From: Planktothrix sp. GU0601_MAG3
GTDB lineage: Bacteria > Cyanobacteriota > Cyanobacteriia > Cyanobacteriales > Microcoleaceae
Length of the DNA: 64,000 bases
Direction of reading: 5' to 3'
NCBI GenBank assembly: GCA_035193785.1
Contig: CP136572.1
Coordinates: 2,100,578-2,164,577 of the forward strand
Positions 1-13,154 of this stretch are shown here, one piece after another. The first letter of the stretch is position 1. Every line of letters begins with the position of its first letter. A program made the translations under genes and the position numbers. The notes beneath the pieces were generated by a model. It was not told the origin of the DNA and did no database searches. It was given only the letters and a program-made list of their open reading frames with translations.

Positions 1-1
1 T

Positions 2-421
2 CGCATCCAAGGTTATCAAGCCGGATGTGATGCCTATTTATCTAAACCGTTTGATCCTGAAGAATTGGTAGTAATTGTTAAAAATTTATTAGCCAGACAA
101 GCAGCCCTGCGTAATAGTAGTAACGAAGGAAACCCCGATATTGCCACCTTAGCAGGTCAAATTGCCCGGATTGAAAATATGTTAAAAGGCAAAAGTGGAA
201 TTCATCAAACTCCACCCCCGATTAAAATTGATTTAACCCCCAGAGAACAAAGTGTTTTAGATTTAGTTGCTAAGGGATTAATGAATAAAGAAATAGCCCG
301 AGATTTAGAAACTAGCGTTCGGAATGTGGAAAAATATGTTAGTCGTCTATTCACAAAAACCGGAACTAATAGTCGGACAGAATTAGTCCGTTATGCCCTA
401 GAACACGGTTTAACTCAATAA
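2..421 (+). CDS. NarL/LuxR-family response regulator (Ycf29-like), 5'-truncated by window edge
   Basis: Frame open from base 2: RIQGYQAGCDAYLSKPFDPEEL (receiver C-terminus), then LuxR HTH LTPREQSVLDLVAKGLMNKEIA...NSRTELVRYA. Confidence 0.9.
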   Translation, partial: RIQGYQAGCDAYLSKPFDPEELVVIVKNLLARQAALRNSSNEGNPDIATLAGQIARIENMLKGKSGIHQTPPPIKIDLTPREQSVLDLVAKGLMNKEIARDLETSVRNVEKYVSRLFTKTGTNSRTELVRYALEHGLTQ

Positions 422-529
422 AGAATCTTGAAGAAAAGTTACATAAACTTAAAATTTACCAGGATTTTGACTCAAGACTAATGGGAGTCTGTTAACTTAA
501 AGGAAGTAGATCTTAATCATTTATTTATT

Positions 530-649
530 ATGATGAAAGCTTCTCAACCCCCAAACAAACCAGAACGACAATCCATCGGGATGATTGTTCTGTTCTTTCT
601 TTTAATGATGGGAATTTTAGCAATGATGATTCTCAAAGGCGGAGTCTAA
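530..649 (+). CDS. small single-pass membrane protein, 39 aa (not in ORF track)
   Basis: MMKASQPPNKPERQSIGMIVLFFLLMMGILAMMILKGGV*: polar N-terminus followed by a clean ~20-aa hydrophobic helix. Confidence 0.5.
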   Translation: MMKASQPPNKPERQSIGMIVLFFLLMMGILAMMILKGGV

Positions 650-863
650 CAACAATCTATTTTTGTTTTTGATCGGCGGAAATACTGGTTTATTGATGCG
701 GCTGCTATTATTTCCAGCCTTTCTGCTGTGGGATTTTATCGGCTGGAGGAATAGGGTTAGTCGGAAAAATGACCAAACCCTAATGGGGGTGGGAAGGAAA
801 AATCCTTCCTCTTTTGATATTTGGGTAACTGGTGTGATCACGGCTTTGCTTAACTCCTAGACT

Positions 864-1629
864 TCAAAGTCGCAGTAGTAAATCACGACCATGGGTATCC
901 GTACCGCAGGTGTTCAGTAAACCATAGCCATCTGCTAACTGTTTAACTTGGTTGGCAATTTTAGCGGTAGACAGCCAAGGGTTAGTATGACGATAGGCAT
1001 AATAGACCTCAATACCATCAATCCCTAAATTAGCCGCTTCTGTAATCAATTCTGGCACCGGATGACGATAACGGGCTGGATGGGCCAAAACCGCCAATCC
1101 TCCCGCCTGTTGAATTGCATTAATCACATTTTTAGCAGCATAGGCATCGGTTTCCCAAGGTAGTACAACCTTGCAGATAGGGTTGCAGACCAGTGGAGTC
1201 GGGATCGAAAGCATAACCCAGAATATGGACATCCGCAGCCAATAACCGGGCATTAATTTCTACTCCCGTCCATAACCGGGGCGCTTTATTCGCCCGTTTG
1301 GGATACTTATTTTTCCAGTTATCTAACCAGTGCTGGGCTTCTTTGTACCCTTGGGTACCATGGTGATCGGTAATTGTCAGTCCTTTTAAACCAATTTCAA
1401 TCGCCTGCTCCATGACTTCATGGGGTTCTAACTGCCCATCTGAACGTCGGGTATGGAGGTGAAAGTTATAGGAATTGGGGCAACTTCTGGCATTCAAGGT
1501 TTGAAAGACCTGTTGCAGTGAAGACCGATCTTGGGCAGGTGGTATCAATAAGGGTGATTCCACAAATCCCGTTTGGATATGAAACCACCCCGATAACGAT
1601 TCAGAATCTGAGGTTAGATTGACACTCAT
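864..1629 (-). CDS. PHP-domain metal-dependent phosphoesterase (apparent +1 frameshift at ~1150)
   Basis: HLHTRRSDG, ITDHH, GVEI, VHILGY, VLAHP and GTDTHG motifs spread over ORFs 1132..1629 and 864..1253. Confidence 0.88.
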
Positions 1630-2016
1630 ACCGTCTTCATCTTAATAAACTGTTACTATAATCTACTGTATCGAATTTATTGGGCAGTTGCTACAAGATA
1701 GGGTTAAGATTGACCAATTTTAGATTTGAAATTCTTATATAAGGAAATGGGCTATAGGTAAGGGGGTATTAATGGTATTGACGATAAGGGGTTAGGAACA
1801 CCATCCCACTTCCTCGGCCATCCCCGTTCCCAATATCTAAAATCATTTTTATCTGCCTTTACTATTTCAAGAACCTTGATCTATAATTGCTGAACACCTA
1901 AAATCCGACACCCTGGGGTGGGGCTTGTCCTCACCCCCCCCGATGGTCTAGGCCAAAGAATTTTGATGATCTGGTTACAGATGCAATCCAAACCATAAAA
2001 TCAACCAGAATTAATG

Positions 2017-2080
2017 GGGACGGGGCGGGTTTATGAAGATTAATAATTGGTGACAGAAATAACTGCGAACCCTCCCCTAC
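2017..2080. repeat. REP-like long palindrome (GGGGCGGGTT...AACCCTCCCCTAC family)
   Basis: Imperfect inverted arms ending in CTAC (GTAG on minus strand); related copy at 38977..39037. Confidence 0.65.
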
Positions 2081-2119
2081 ATTTGGACTCAAAAACAAGG
2101 TTGATTAGTTTTAGGAGAA

Positions 2120-2770
2120 TTAAAATTTGTAATTGCGATCGCGCACCCACAAACTAACTGGAATTGCTTTTCCTTGAGAATTAACTTTAACTTCCACCAC
2201 AAAAGATTGCTGATTATTCCTTTGTGCTTCTGTAATTGTATCATTAATTTGATTCCGTTGGCTTTCCGGCATATAATACCGTTCTAAACCGTATTCAATA
2301 TTCCATCCCGTTGATTTTCCCTGTAAAGCTATTTGATTATTAGATAAATTATCAGGATATTCAGCACTGATTTTTACAGGTTTCCAAGCTAAAGGATGTT
2401 GGGATTTAGACGCATCTTTGGGTTTGTCTAAGGTGACATAAATTAAAGTTCCCTGGGGTAAATATTCTGCACCTTGAGCAACTTCTTTCCAACCGGGAAC
2501 TGCTCTGAGAGTATCAGCACTAGAAATATCATAACTCAGGGTTTGATAATATCCTCGGAAAAAATCATAGGGGTCAACGGGGGCGGTTTGTAATACCACG
2601 GTTTTTCCGGTGACTTGGGTATAAAATGCTTGGGAAGGAACGGCTAAAATTAGGATTAATTGAAATAATAACGGTGTCCAAAATTTCCAAGCTGGGATCT
2701 GTTTTTTCACTACAGGAGACTGAGTTGAAATAACGGAAGATTGGGTATCATTCGAGTCAGAATAATTCAT
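2120..2770 (-). CDS. GDYXXLXY-domain membrane-anchored protein
   Basis: N-terminal TM, LQTAPVDPYDFFRGYYQTLSYDI motif, YGLERYYMPE; lies downstream of a DUF2157 gene, its usual partner. Confidence 0.88.
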   Translation of the reverse strand: MNYSDSNDTQSSVISTQSPVVKKQIPAWKFWTPLLFQLILILAVPSQAFYTQVTGKTVVLQTAPVDPYDFFRGYYQTLSYDISSADTLRAVPGWKEVAQGAEYLPQGTLIYVTLDKPKDASKSQHPLAWKPVKISAEYPDNLSNNQIALQGKSTGWNIEYGLERYYMPESQRNQINDTITEAQRNNQQSFVVEVKVNSQGKAIPVSLWVRDRNYKF

Positions 2771-2797
2771 GGTTTTTACTCCTAAAAATTAGATAAA

Positions 2798-4202
2798 TTA
2801 ACGATTTTGAGTTCTAGCGGCAGTTAATAAATGGCGTTCAAACCATAACCCAGCTAGAATTACTCCCACACCACATAAGGTAAATACAAAGGCTTTTAGA
2901 ATCAATTCGGTATTATATTCAAAGGTGCGACTCATAATTTGGGAGACTAATAAAATCATTCCGCCCCAAAAGGCAAAGCGTTGAGTTTGGGCGAGTCCAA
3001 TTCTAATTAATCCCGTGGCTAAAAGAAACATCTGTACATTGAATAAAAAGGTTGCTATTTCAGGAATTGCATAGATTTGTAAATGCCAAAAACAGATAAA
3101 TCCAGTTAAACCTAAAAATCCAGCAATAACGCTAGTAACGGAATCAAATCCCCATTTATTCGGATAAATAGCACTGGGTTTAATTAATTGAAACCATTGC
3201 AAAAATAGAATTCCCAAAAACACATAAAAGTCCAGCAAAATGAATTGATTAATTAACCTAGAATTATCTGAATTGTCTACAAGAAGATCATTCCAAACTC
3301 CGTTGAAAGATAAACTAAAAAATAAAAAGGCTAACAGAATAATGGATAGGGTTTTAGCTGAAGGTTGAAATAGTCTACTATCAATCATCGGCCAGGAGGC
3401 ATCATCATAACTCCAGAGTAAAGCGGGAGTAAAGATTAATGAAATGGCAAAAATTAACCCAGGTGGTAAATCGGAATTAAACAGGGGAAAGAGGCTGATT
3501 TGTAAGGCGAGAATCAGAATCAGTAAGGTCATAATAAACAATACCCGAGACTGACAGCGATAGGCAAGGGGAATGAATAGAAATCCGGCAATTAAAGGGG
3601 TATGTTTCTAGGACTAAATTTAGGATAGAAAAAGGTTGGAGGGAGAATAAATTAGATGCTCCTGTCCAATATCCAATCCCATATAAGAGTAGTCCTAGAA
3701 ATCCTAAAGAAGTTAGTTGCAAACTATAGGACATTAATAATACTCCAATTCCCCATACTAAAAATAGTTCATGGGTGGAACCACTTTGATGAAAAATTTG
3801 TCCCATTAGGGCAATATTTGCCCCTAAAATTAATGCTCCAAAAATTAATAATCCTTGACCTAATTTTTGTTTTCTTCCCACTTCTAAGGAGTCTGATGGT
3901 TGTTTCCATAAATAAAAACCAGTTGTATTAACTCCTATAAATAAACTCAGAAGTAGGAGCACTTTAACGGTTTTTGACCAGTCTTGCCAATTAGCGGCTA
4001 CAAAGGTAATTACACCTAAGCCTAATAGAATGGCTCCCAACCCCATTAAAATCATAACAAACCGACTACTAGCGGCGGTTTCGAGATGATTAAATTGATA
4101 GCGGGTGGCTAACTGTTGATAGACAGAATCATCAATTATTTGTTCTTCTTGCCAGAGTTTGGCTTCCTGACGAAGTTGGCGACGGAATTTTTCGTTGATC
4201 AT
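2798..4202 (-). CDS. DUF2157-domain multi-pass membrane protein (apparent +1 frameshift at ~3604)
   Basis: LGAILLGLGVITFVAANWQ and LILGANIALMGQIFH motifs; many TM helices across two ORFs; removing one A gives ...VLEHTPLIA... Confidence 0.85.
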
Positions 4203-4366
4203 TTGCGGTAATATGAAACAATTGTACAGTCCATTGAAACTGACTAGATTTTAGTTTTTACCTAAATATTAGGAAACTACAATTCTGGTTTTAATTTAAA
4301 ATTGGGTTTAATGATTAAGACCTGTGACAGATTGTTAACTTGCACAGGGAAAAAATGCTTAAAATC

Positions 4367-5212
4367 CTACAAGGGCTTTTTATTGGATTTAGAGGCTAAA
4401 AAAGTTAGCATTTTTTCAAATACTTGGACGGCTAGGTCTACCCCATTATCTCTAGTAAATATATCATAATTGGGATGGGAATTTGCCTCTATAAACCAAT
4501 ATTGATTATTCTCGTCTACCGCAATATCTAACCCGGTATAGTCTAAATTTAATTCTTGAAAAATAGGTTGACAAAATGCTTCTATTTCTGATACAATTTG
4601 GGGATTATTAATGTGTTTGGCTATTGCTCCTTGCCAATGTAAAGGGCTTAAATTTCCGGTAAAGGTAGCCTGACTAATATCTTTTTCATATAGTAATATT
4701 AATTTTTGATTTAAAAAAACGGCTCGATATTCTCGTTGGATTAAAATATATTGTTGAGCGATCGCTACATAGTCATAATCCTTATGATTAATATTAAAAA
4801 TTGTGCTTAAAGCGTTTTGAATATCCTCAAGGTTATGACATAAAAAAACATAGTGTCCACCGGAACCGGAATTGCGTTTAACAATCACGGGAAATTGAAA
4901 TACCCGTTCAATTTCTTTCGCAATATCGAGAATGGTTTTAAATTTTAAATAATGTTGATATTTACAGTCAAATGGCGAAAGAAAACCCAGGCTTTTTGGA
5001 GTTCTAATTTTTTTGTGTAAAATTGAGTAGGTATAGTCTTTATCTTTAATAATTTTAAAAGTCGATTGATCTACTAAAGGGGTACTATAATTACAAAAAT
5101 AATAATTTTTATCTAGCTTAACCTTAACTAAATTCTGATCAGAATGCAGTATTTCATAATCAATATTAAGATTCTGGCAAGCCTGAAGTAATAACCCAAT
5201 ATTATTTAACAT
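4367..5212 (-). CDS. ATP-grasp (RimK-like) ligase
   Basis: FPVIVKRNSGSGG, AQQYI..REYR, GLDIAVD...FIEANSHP; start taken at MLNN (5212). Confidence 0.8.
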   Translation of the reverse strand: MLNNIGLLLQACQNLNIDYEILHSDQNLVKVKLDKNYYFCNYSTPLVDQSTFKIIKDKDYTYSILHKKIRTPKSLGFLSPFDCKYQHYLKFKTILDIAKEIERVFQFPVIVKRNSGSGGHYVFLCHNLEDIQNALSTIFNINHKDYDYVAIAQQYILIQREYRAVFLNQKLILLYEKDISQATFTGNLSPLHWQGAIAKHINNPQIVSEIEAFCQPIFQELNLDYTGLDIAVDENNQYWFIEANSHPNYDIFTRDNGVDLAVQVFEKMLTFLASKSNKKPL

Positions 5213-5940
5213 AAAAATAGTAAGGAATAGGCAATAGGAGAAAAATCTATAAACGGAAATTGGAGACGGCTGAAAAGACGCTATAAACAACGCCTGGGCT
5301 ATCTCCTAATTCCATTACCAGTAGAGTTACCGCGTTGGATTATTTCCTTGTACTTGTTGACGACCATTCCGAATCACTCGCATCATTTCATTTAACTGTT
5401 GTTCGATGCTTCCTAGGACGTGATCAGCATAATCATCGGCACCGTTTTGAATTTCTTCACATTCAGCCATAGTCCGCGATCGCATTTCTTCTAATTCCTG
5501 TTGAAGACGATAACGAATTTGTTCAATTTCAGACAAGGTTTGTTGCTGAAGCGTATCACATTCGTGTTGAACCTGTTGACGCAATTGATCCGCTTCCGAT
5601 TTTGCTTGTTGAATCAAACCCATTTCATTTAATATTCGAGCCGCCCTTTGTTCAGCCATATCGATAATTTCCCGGGCATATTCTTCCGCCTCTTGCAGAA
5701 TTTCATCCTTATGACGGACGATAATATCTGACTCTTGAAAAGCACTCGGTAAATTCAATCGAATCAAATCTAATTGATCCAGTAATTGTTCTTCATCGAC
5801 TAAAGTTCGTCGAGTTAGGGGAATTCTAGGACTATCGAGAATCATCTCCTCCAGTCGGTTAAGTTCCCGTTGGATATCAATTCCAGGGGAATTACTAACA
5901 GAGGTTTCCGGTTCTACACGGAGTCCATTTGATTCAGGTT

Positions 5941-6436
<496 letters not shown>

Positions 6437-6635
6437 TTATGACAAGATGAATATTATTGCCAAATTATAGAACGAAGGGGGGACGGAGCCTTAAAACTAG
6501 GTAATGTCTGTCAATCTAACCCAAACAAAACCTTAAAATGTTCCAAGGACTGCGACTAGATCAACCCATAACCTGTTAACGTGTCTCTTGTCCTAACTCT
6601 TTGAAGCCAACGGACATCTCTGAACAGACTAATAA

Positions 6636-7940
<1,305 letters not shown>

Positions 7941-7954
7941 CTGAAAAACACCTA

Positions 7955-7982
7955 TAAAACAGTCCAGCCTTGGGCTGTTTTA
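7955..7982 (+). terminator. intrinsic terminator after eno
   Basis: TAAAACAGTCCA-gcct-TGGGCTGTTTTA hairpin with T-tail just after the stop codon. Confidence 0.7.
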
Positions 7983-8022
7983 CTAATATCATTAGGAAAA
8001 ATAACAAACAATCAAAGTAGAA

Positions 8023-8653
8023 ATGAACAAAAATATTCAGAAGGGTGCGAAGTTTTTTTTAACGGGATTAGCAACGATGGGTTTAGTCTTCTCGGAGGCT
8101 GTATTTTCCCCCGCGAGCGCTACTCAACAGTTATTTTGTAATGGACGGATGAACAATGGTTGGACTTATTCAGCCCAGTTTCTCAATGGTCGTTTTACAG
8201 AAATTCGTTGGGAGCGCCCAGGACAGCCCCCCATCGTTTCCAACCTGAGTTTTCAATCCACCAATGATGCCAGACAACCTGTTTATACAGGGTCAATCAT
8301 GGCAGCCACAATGGTTACTTTAGTTGATACCTCCCGGGGTAATGTGCGAACGGGTTCACAAATATCGGTTACGGCGGAAGAATGGGGTACCAGCATCGGA
8401 AACCTGTGGTACTTCCTCGGGTAACTCCATGGGAAACTCCTCGGACTGGTTTACCAATACCAGGAACAATCTAGTCGGTTCTAATGCAAATCAAGCCAGA
8501 CGTTGGCTCAATAGAAACAATTTTGTCTTTACTCAAACCTTAGCACATACTAATCGGCGCATCGTTGAACGCTGGAATCGCAGTAACCCCAACGGAGCCA
8601 TTGATGTGATTTTTGTTAATAATATGGTGTCTGATGTGATGATGGCTCGTTAA
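8023..8653 (+). CDS. secreted hypothetical protein (apparent +1 frameshift at ~8399)
   Basis: Signal peptide (…VFSPASA|TQQ); two overlapping ORFs joined by removing one A (SIGTCGTSSG). Confidence 0.7.
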
Positions 8654-8668
8654 TAAAATTCCATTCTT

Positions 8669-9484
8669 TTAATTTTTAATTCCGGTGGTGGCAATTCCCC
8701 GAATAAATTGTTTCTGTCCAATCAAAAATAATAAAATCACCGGAATTGAAGAAATGACCACCGCCGCCATTAATAATTGCCAACTATTGGTATATTGTTG
8801 TTGAAATTCTGCGAGGACTAACTGCACGGTTTTTAATTGGGGTTTAGTGGTAAAAATTAGGGGTTTAAATAAATCATTCCATTCCCCAATAAAGGTAAAT
8901 AAAAATAATGTTACTAGGGCGGGTTGGGCCAAAGGTAACATAATTTGCCATAAAATCTGCCATCGGTTGGCCCCATCCAAGGCGGCGGATTCCTCTAACT
9001 CCACCGGAATTGTCAGGAAATATTGACGGAGAAGGAAAATACCAAAACCATTGGCAGCCGTGGGTAAAATTAAAGCCCAATAGGTATTAAGTAAATGTCC
9101 CCATTTCAAAACCAAAAATATGGGAATTACTAATAACTGAAACGGAATCACCAGAGTGGCTAAAACAACTAATAATAGGGCTTGTCGTCCCCGAAACTTT
9201 AACCGGGCTAAGGCATATCCAGCCAAAGCCGAGGTAATCACCTGAAATGCAGTTACTCCCAAAGCCACTAAGGTAGAGTTGGCAAAAGCCAGGAGAAACC
9301 GACCTCGACGCCAAGCTTCTTGATAGTTGGCGAGGGTAAACTGATTCCCTCCCACGCTGTTGGAGGTGGAAAAGGAGGTTGCTAAGACCACAAATAACGG
9401 CAATAGGACAATTCCCGCCCCCAGCAACAATAGACCCCAACTGCTGCCGACTAATATTTTTTCCCTGGGAATGGCATTTGTCAT
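8669..9484 (-). CDS. carbohydrate ABC transporter permease (MalG-like)
   Basis: EAA-loop variant ELEESAALDGANRWQILWQIMLPL; six TM helices. Confidence 0.92.
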   Translation of the reverse strand: MTNAIPREKILVGSSWGLLLLGAGIVLLPLFVVLATSFSTSNSVGGNQFTLANYQEAWRRGRFLLAFANSTLVALGVTAFQVITSALAGYALARLKFRGRQALLLVVLATLVIPFQLLVIPIFLVLKWGHLLNTYWALILPTAANGFGIFLLRQYFLTIPVELEESAALDGANRWQILWQIMLPLAQPALVTLFLFTFIGEWNDLFKPLIFTTKPQLKTVQLVLAEFQQQYTNSWQLLMAAVVISSIPVILLFLIGQKQFIRGIATTGIKN

Positions 9485-9758
9485 AAGTAAGTAACGGGTT
9501 GCTATCCTATTTGGGTTAAGGAAAAGTTATGATATCCTTCCGGTCTTCCCCGAAGGTGGGTTCAATTCAATGTCCAAGTGCATCCCACGCGGAAAAGACG
9601 TGGGTTTTGTGCGAGAATCGCTATAAGCTTAATTAATTAAGTAGTTTGGTGAAAACATCAACCTTTTGACCCCATCTTCCGGTGATCCCAAAGGGGGGAC
9701 AGAGGGCGGATGTAAACTAGCAATAATAACTCATTTGTGATGAGGAGATTGTAAATCT

Positions 9759-10451
9759 ATGCCACAGCTTGAAGCCATTGCGATTGACTTCCAATCTGAA
9801 ACCTATAAAGATGCCTACAGCCGAATTAACGCCATTGTGATTGAAGGAGAACAGGAAGCCTACGACAATTACATCAAGCTGGGTGCAATGTTGCCTGAGC
9901 AGCAGGAGAATTTAGCGGGTTTGGCAAAAATGGAAATGCGCCATAAAAAAGGGTTTCAGTCCTGTGGGCGGAATTTAGCCGTCACACCGGATATGGAATT
10001 TGCCCGGGAGTTCTTTGCTTCCTTACACCAAAATTTTAAGGATGCCGCCGCCGAAGGGAAAGTGGTCACCTGCTTGTTAATTCAATCTTTAATTATTGAA
10101 TGTTTTGCGATCGCCGCTTACAACATTTATATTCCCGTAGCCGATGATTTTGCTCGCAAAATTACCGAAGGGGTGGTCAAAGACGAGTATATGCACCTCA
10201 ACTTTGGTGAAGAATGGCTCAAAGCCAACTTGGAAACCTCCAAAAAGGAACTCGAAGACGCCAACCGCCAAAACCTGCCGATTATTTGGAGAATGCTCAA
10301 CCAAGTTGCCGATGATGCCCAGATTCTAGGAATGGAAAAGGAAGCATTAGTCGAGGATTTTATGATTGCTTATGGGGAAGCTCTAAGCAATATCGGGTTT
10401 TCGACCCGCGATATTATGCGAATGTCCGCCTACGGTCTTACCGCAGCCTAA
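9759..10451 (+). CDS. ado: aldehyde deformylating oxygenase (alkane synthesis)
   Basis: [23 protein letters not shown] and [11 protein letters not shown] diiron motifs. Confidence 0.97.
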   Translation: MPQLEAIAIDFQSETYKDAYSRINAIVIEGEQEAYDNYIKLGAMLPEQQENLAGLAKMEMRHKKGFQSCGRNLAVTPDMEFAREFFASLHQNFKDAAAEGKVVTCLLIQSLIIECFAIAAYNIYIPVADDFARKITEGVVKDEYMHLNFGEEWLKANLETSKKELEDANRQNLPIIWRMLNQVADDAQILGMEKEALVEDFMIAYGEALSNIGFSTRDIMRMSAYGLTAA

Positions 10452-10477
10452 AATACCCTTTGGATTTTAGATTACCA

Positions 10478-10506
10478 GTAGAGACGTTGCACCGCAACGT
10501 CTGTAC
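10478..10506. repeat. GTAG-family REP palindrome
   Basis: GTAGAGACGTTGC-acc-GCAACGTCTGTAC between ado and aar. Confidence 0.75.
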
Positions 10507-10565
10507 CCAGACTGCGGCTTTGGACGTTAAACTCTAAAATCCATCTTAAAATCTATAGTTGAATC

Positions 10566-11592
10566 ATGTTTGGTTTAATCGGTCATCTTACCAGTTTAGA
10601 ACACGCCCAAGCCGTTGCCAGAGATTTAGGATATCCTGAATATGCTGACCAAGGGTTAGATTTTTGGTGCAGCGCTCCGCCTCAAATCGTTGATGATATC
10701 AAAGTCACGAGTATTACAGGTCAAATCATTGAAGGCAAATATGTGGAGTCTTGTTTTTTGCCCGAAATGTTAGCTAGTCGTCGCATCAAAGCGGCAACTC
10801 GCAAAATTATTAATGCAATGGCTCATGCTCAAAAAAATGGAATTAATATCACAGCTTTAGGGGGATTTTCCTCGATTATTTTTGAAAATTTTAACTTAGA
10901 ACAAATTCAACAGGTTCGGAATATTAAGTTAGAGTTTGAACGATTTACCACCGGAAATACTCACACTGCCTATATTATCTGTCGTCAGGTAGAAAACGCG
11001 GCGGCCCGGTTAGGGATTGATTTAACTAAGGCTACCGTTGCTATTTGTGGAGCCACAGGGGATATTGGTAGTGCGGTTTGTCGTTGGCTCAACAGCCACA
11101 CAGAGGCCGGAGAATTGTTATTAATTGCCCGGGATAAGGAACGTCTCCACGCTTTACAGGAGGAGTTGGGACGGGGAAAAATTATGGGATTAGAAGAAGC
11201 CTTACCCCAAGCGGATATTATCGTTTGGGTGGCGAGTATGCCCCGGGGGGTCGAAATCAATCCCGATACCTTGAAAAAACCCTGTTTGCTGATTGATGGT
11301 GGTTATCCTAAGAATTTAGCCACAAAAATTCAACATCCTGAAATTTATGTCTTAGATGGCGGAATTGTGGAAACACGCCCTTGATATTGACTGGAAAATT
11401 ATGAAAATTGTCAATATGAAGTTACCCGGACGTCAACTCTTTGCCTGTTTTGCGGAATCGATGTTACTGGAATTTGAGAAAATTTATACTAATTTTTCCT
11501 GGGGTCGCAATCAAATTACTGTTGAAAAAATGGAACAAATTGGTAAGGTTTCTGTAAAACATGGCTTTAAACCTTTAGCTTTACCACTGTAA
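10566..11592 (+). CDS. aar: long-chain acyl-ACP reductase (apparent +1 frameshift at ~11370)
   Basis: [38 protein letters not shown]; directly downstream of ado. Confidence 0.96.
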
Positions 11593-11796
11593 TCAGTTAT
11601 CAGTCATCAGTGTAGAGACGTGCCATGGCGCGTCTGTATCAGTTATCAGTTATCAGTGTAGAGACGTGCCATGGCGCGTCTGTATCAGTTATCAGTTATC
11701 AGTGTAGAGACGTGCCATGGCGCGTCTGTATCAGTTATCAGTTATCAGTGTAGAGACGTGCCATGGCGCGTCTGTATCAGTTATCAGTTATCAGTT
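11593..11796. repeat. tandem array of four 46-bp units (STRR heptamers plus GTAG REP)
   Basis: Unit TCAGTTATCAGTTATCAGTGTAGAGACGTGCCATGGCGCGTCTGTA at 11593, 11639, 11685, 11731. Confidence 0.95.
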
Positions 11797-11839
11797 TAAG
11801 AGCTACCAGTGAAGTTATCAGTCCTGTTAGTTCAGTTTT

Positions 11840-12593
11840 TCAAGAGAAGTAAGAAGATATTAATGCTAAATCTAAATAGCATTTTTCGGGAATCTTTCCC
11901 CCTAAGACCGTCAACGGTTGATCGGGTTCACCTATATGATTTACGACTAATAGAGCATCAGTAAAATCTTGATTTTTGGTATAATCATTGACGGTAATAA
12001 TTGTTTTTAATCCGGCTTGTTTAGAGGCTGAAAATCCATGATAGGAGTCTTCAAATACTAAGCAATCTGCTGCATTTAATCCCAGTTTTTCTAGGACATA
12101 AAAATAAATATCCGGGGCGGGTTTTTTGGCGGGAAACAATATCCCCGGCGGCAATAATTTCAAACCAATTGGGATCAATTGCCGTATTTTCCAATAAGGC
12201 TAACACATTGGGTAAGGCACTGGTTGTGGCGATCGCTAACCTCATTCCCTGCTCCTTTGCTTCTTGAATTAACCGTTGTACCCCAGGACGCAAAGGAATT
12301 GAACCCCGATCTAATAATTTTCGATAATATTCATTTTTTAACTGATGCAAATTAACAATTAAATCATTTAAGTTGTCTGTTAATAAAAAATCCGGTTCAT
12401 CCTGTTCAATATAATAACGAATTCGCTCTTTTCCTCCACCAATTGCCAATAATTTACCATACAAATCTACAGACCAATTCCAAGATAAACCAACCTGAGA
12501 AAAGGCTTGATTAAAAGCAATTCTATGGCCATCCCGTTCCGTATCCGCTAAAGTACCATCTACATCAAAAATCAAAGTTTTGAGTTTCCCCAT
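11840..12593 (-). CDS. cbbY: CbbY-like HAD hydrolase (apparent +1 frameshift at ~12133)
   Basis: IFDVDGTLADTERDGHRIAFN, GGGKER, KKPAPDIY, FEDS. Confidence 0.85.
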
Positions 12594-12600
12594 ATTTTTT

Positions 12601-12622
12601 CTATTCCCTATTCCCTATTCCC
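12601..12622. repeat. STRR heptamer (CTATTCC)x3
   Basis: Direct reading of the sequence. Confidence 0.7.
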
Positions 12623-12653
12623 TTGTTACTCAGCGAAGTCGAAGTATTCCCTA

Positions 12654-12809
12654 TCAATTAAACTTTTGTTTAGCCTGGTCATAGACCTCAACGGTAATTT
12701 GAGTAACGCCTAATTCCTGAGCAAACTTTTCAATTTTTTTCCGCGCCGCCGGACGGACAAAAAAAGGAATTTCTTTCAAACGAGTTTCAGCTTCTGTTGT
12801 CCATTCCAT
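12654..12809 (-). CDS. stand-alone PCP_red (ChlB C-terminal-like) small protein, 51 aa (not in ORF track)
   Basis: MEWTTEAETRLKEIPFFVRPAARKKIEKFAQELGVTQITVEVYDQAKQKFN matches the W..EAE..L..IPFFVR...R...E..A...G...IT pattern. Confidence 0.85.
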   Translation of the reverse strand: MEWTTEAETRLKEIPFFVRPAARKKIEKFAQELGVTQITVEVYDQAKQKFN

Positions 12810-12905
12810 GATCATGAATTAAGAAAGAGGATAATTACATTAATCTATAATAAAATCAGAAAGGGTGCAATAGTCGAAGCATCAATATGAATCTATACTA
12901 ACCCA

Positions 12906-13049
12906 ATGATATTATTGCTCAACCTGTGTATCTTGTATGAAGGAATTATCAAGCATCAATTTGGTTCTTTCTTGGAGCAGCAGGAAAAAGAATGGCTGGT
13001 GGCTAAGATATCTGATTTTCTGCAAAAATTAAAGGAGAGAAAAAATTGA
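12906..13049 (+). pseudogene. possible gene remnant resembling the C-terminal tail of cyanobacterial Ser/Thr kinase-type proteins
   Basis: 47-aa ORF containing GIIKHQFGSFLEQQEKEWLVAKISDFL; resemblance recalled from memory, no upstream gene body. Confidence 0.35.
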
Positions 13050-13154
13050 TCAAAATCTGGATTCTCACCTATAATTTTCAGCAACATTAGAACTAAGATG
13101 GGGTAAAATGACAACAAATTCCCCCACGTTCAAAACTTCACGATCAAATGTATT

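Noticed and set aside
617..860. ORFs 617..841(-) and 663..860(+)
   Set aside because: No motif, weak starts and mutual overlap; not supportable.
11593..11796. CRISPR array
   Set aside because: Intervening sequences are near-identical heptamer repeats rather than unique spacers; no cas genes or leader.
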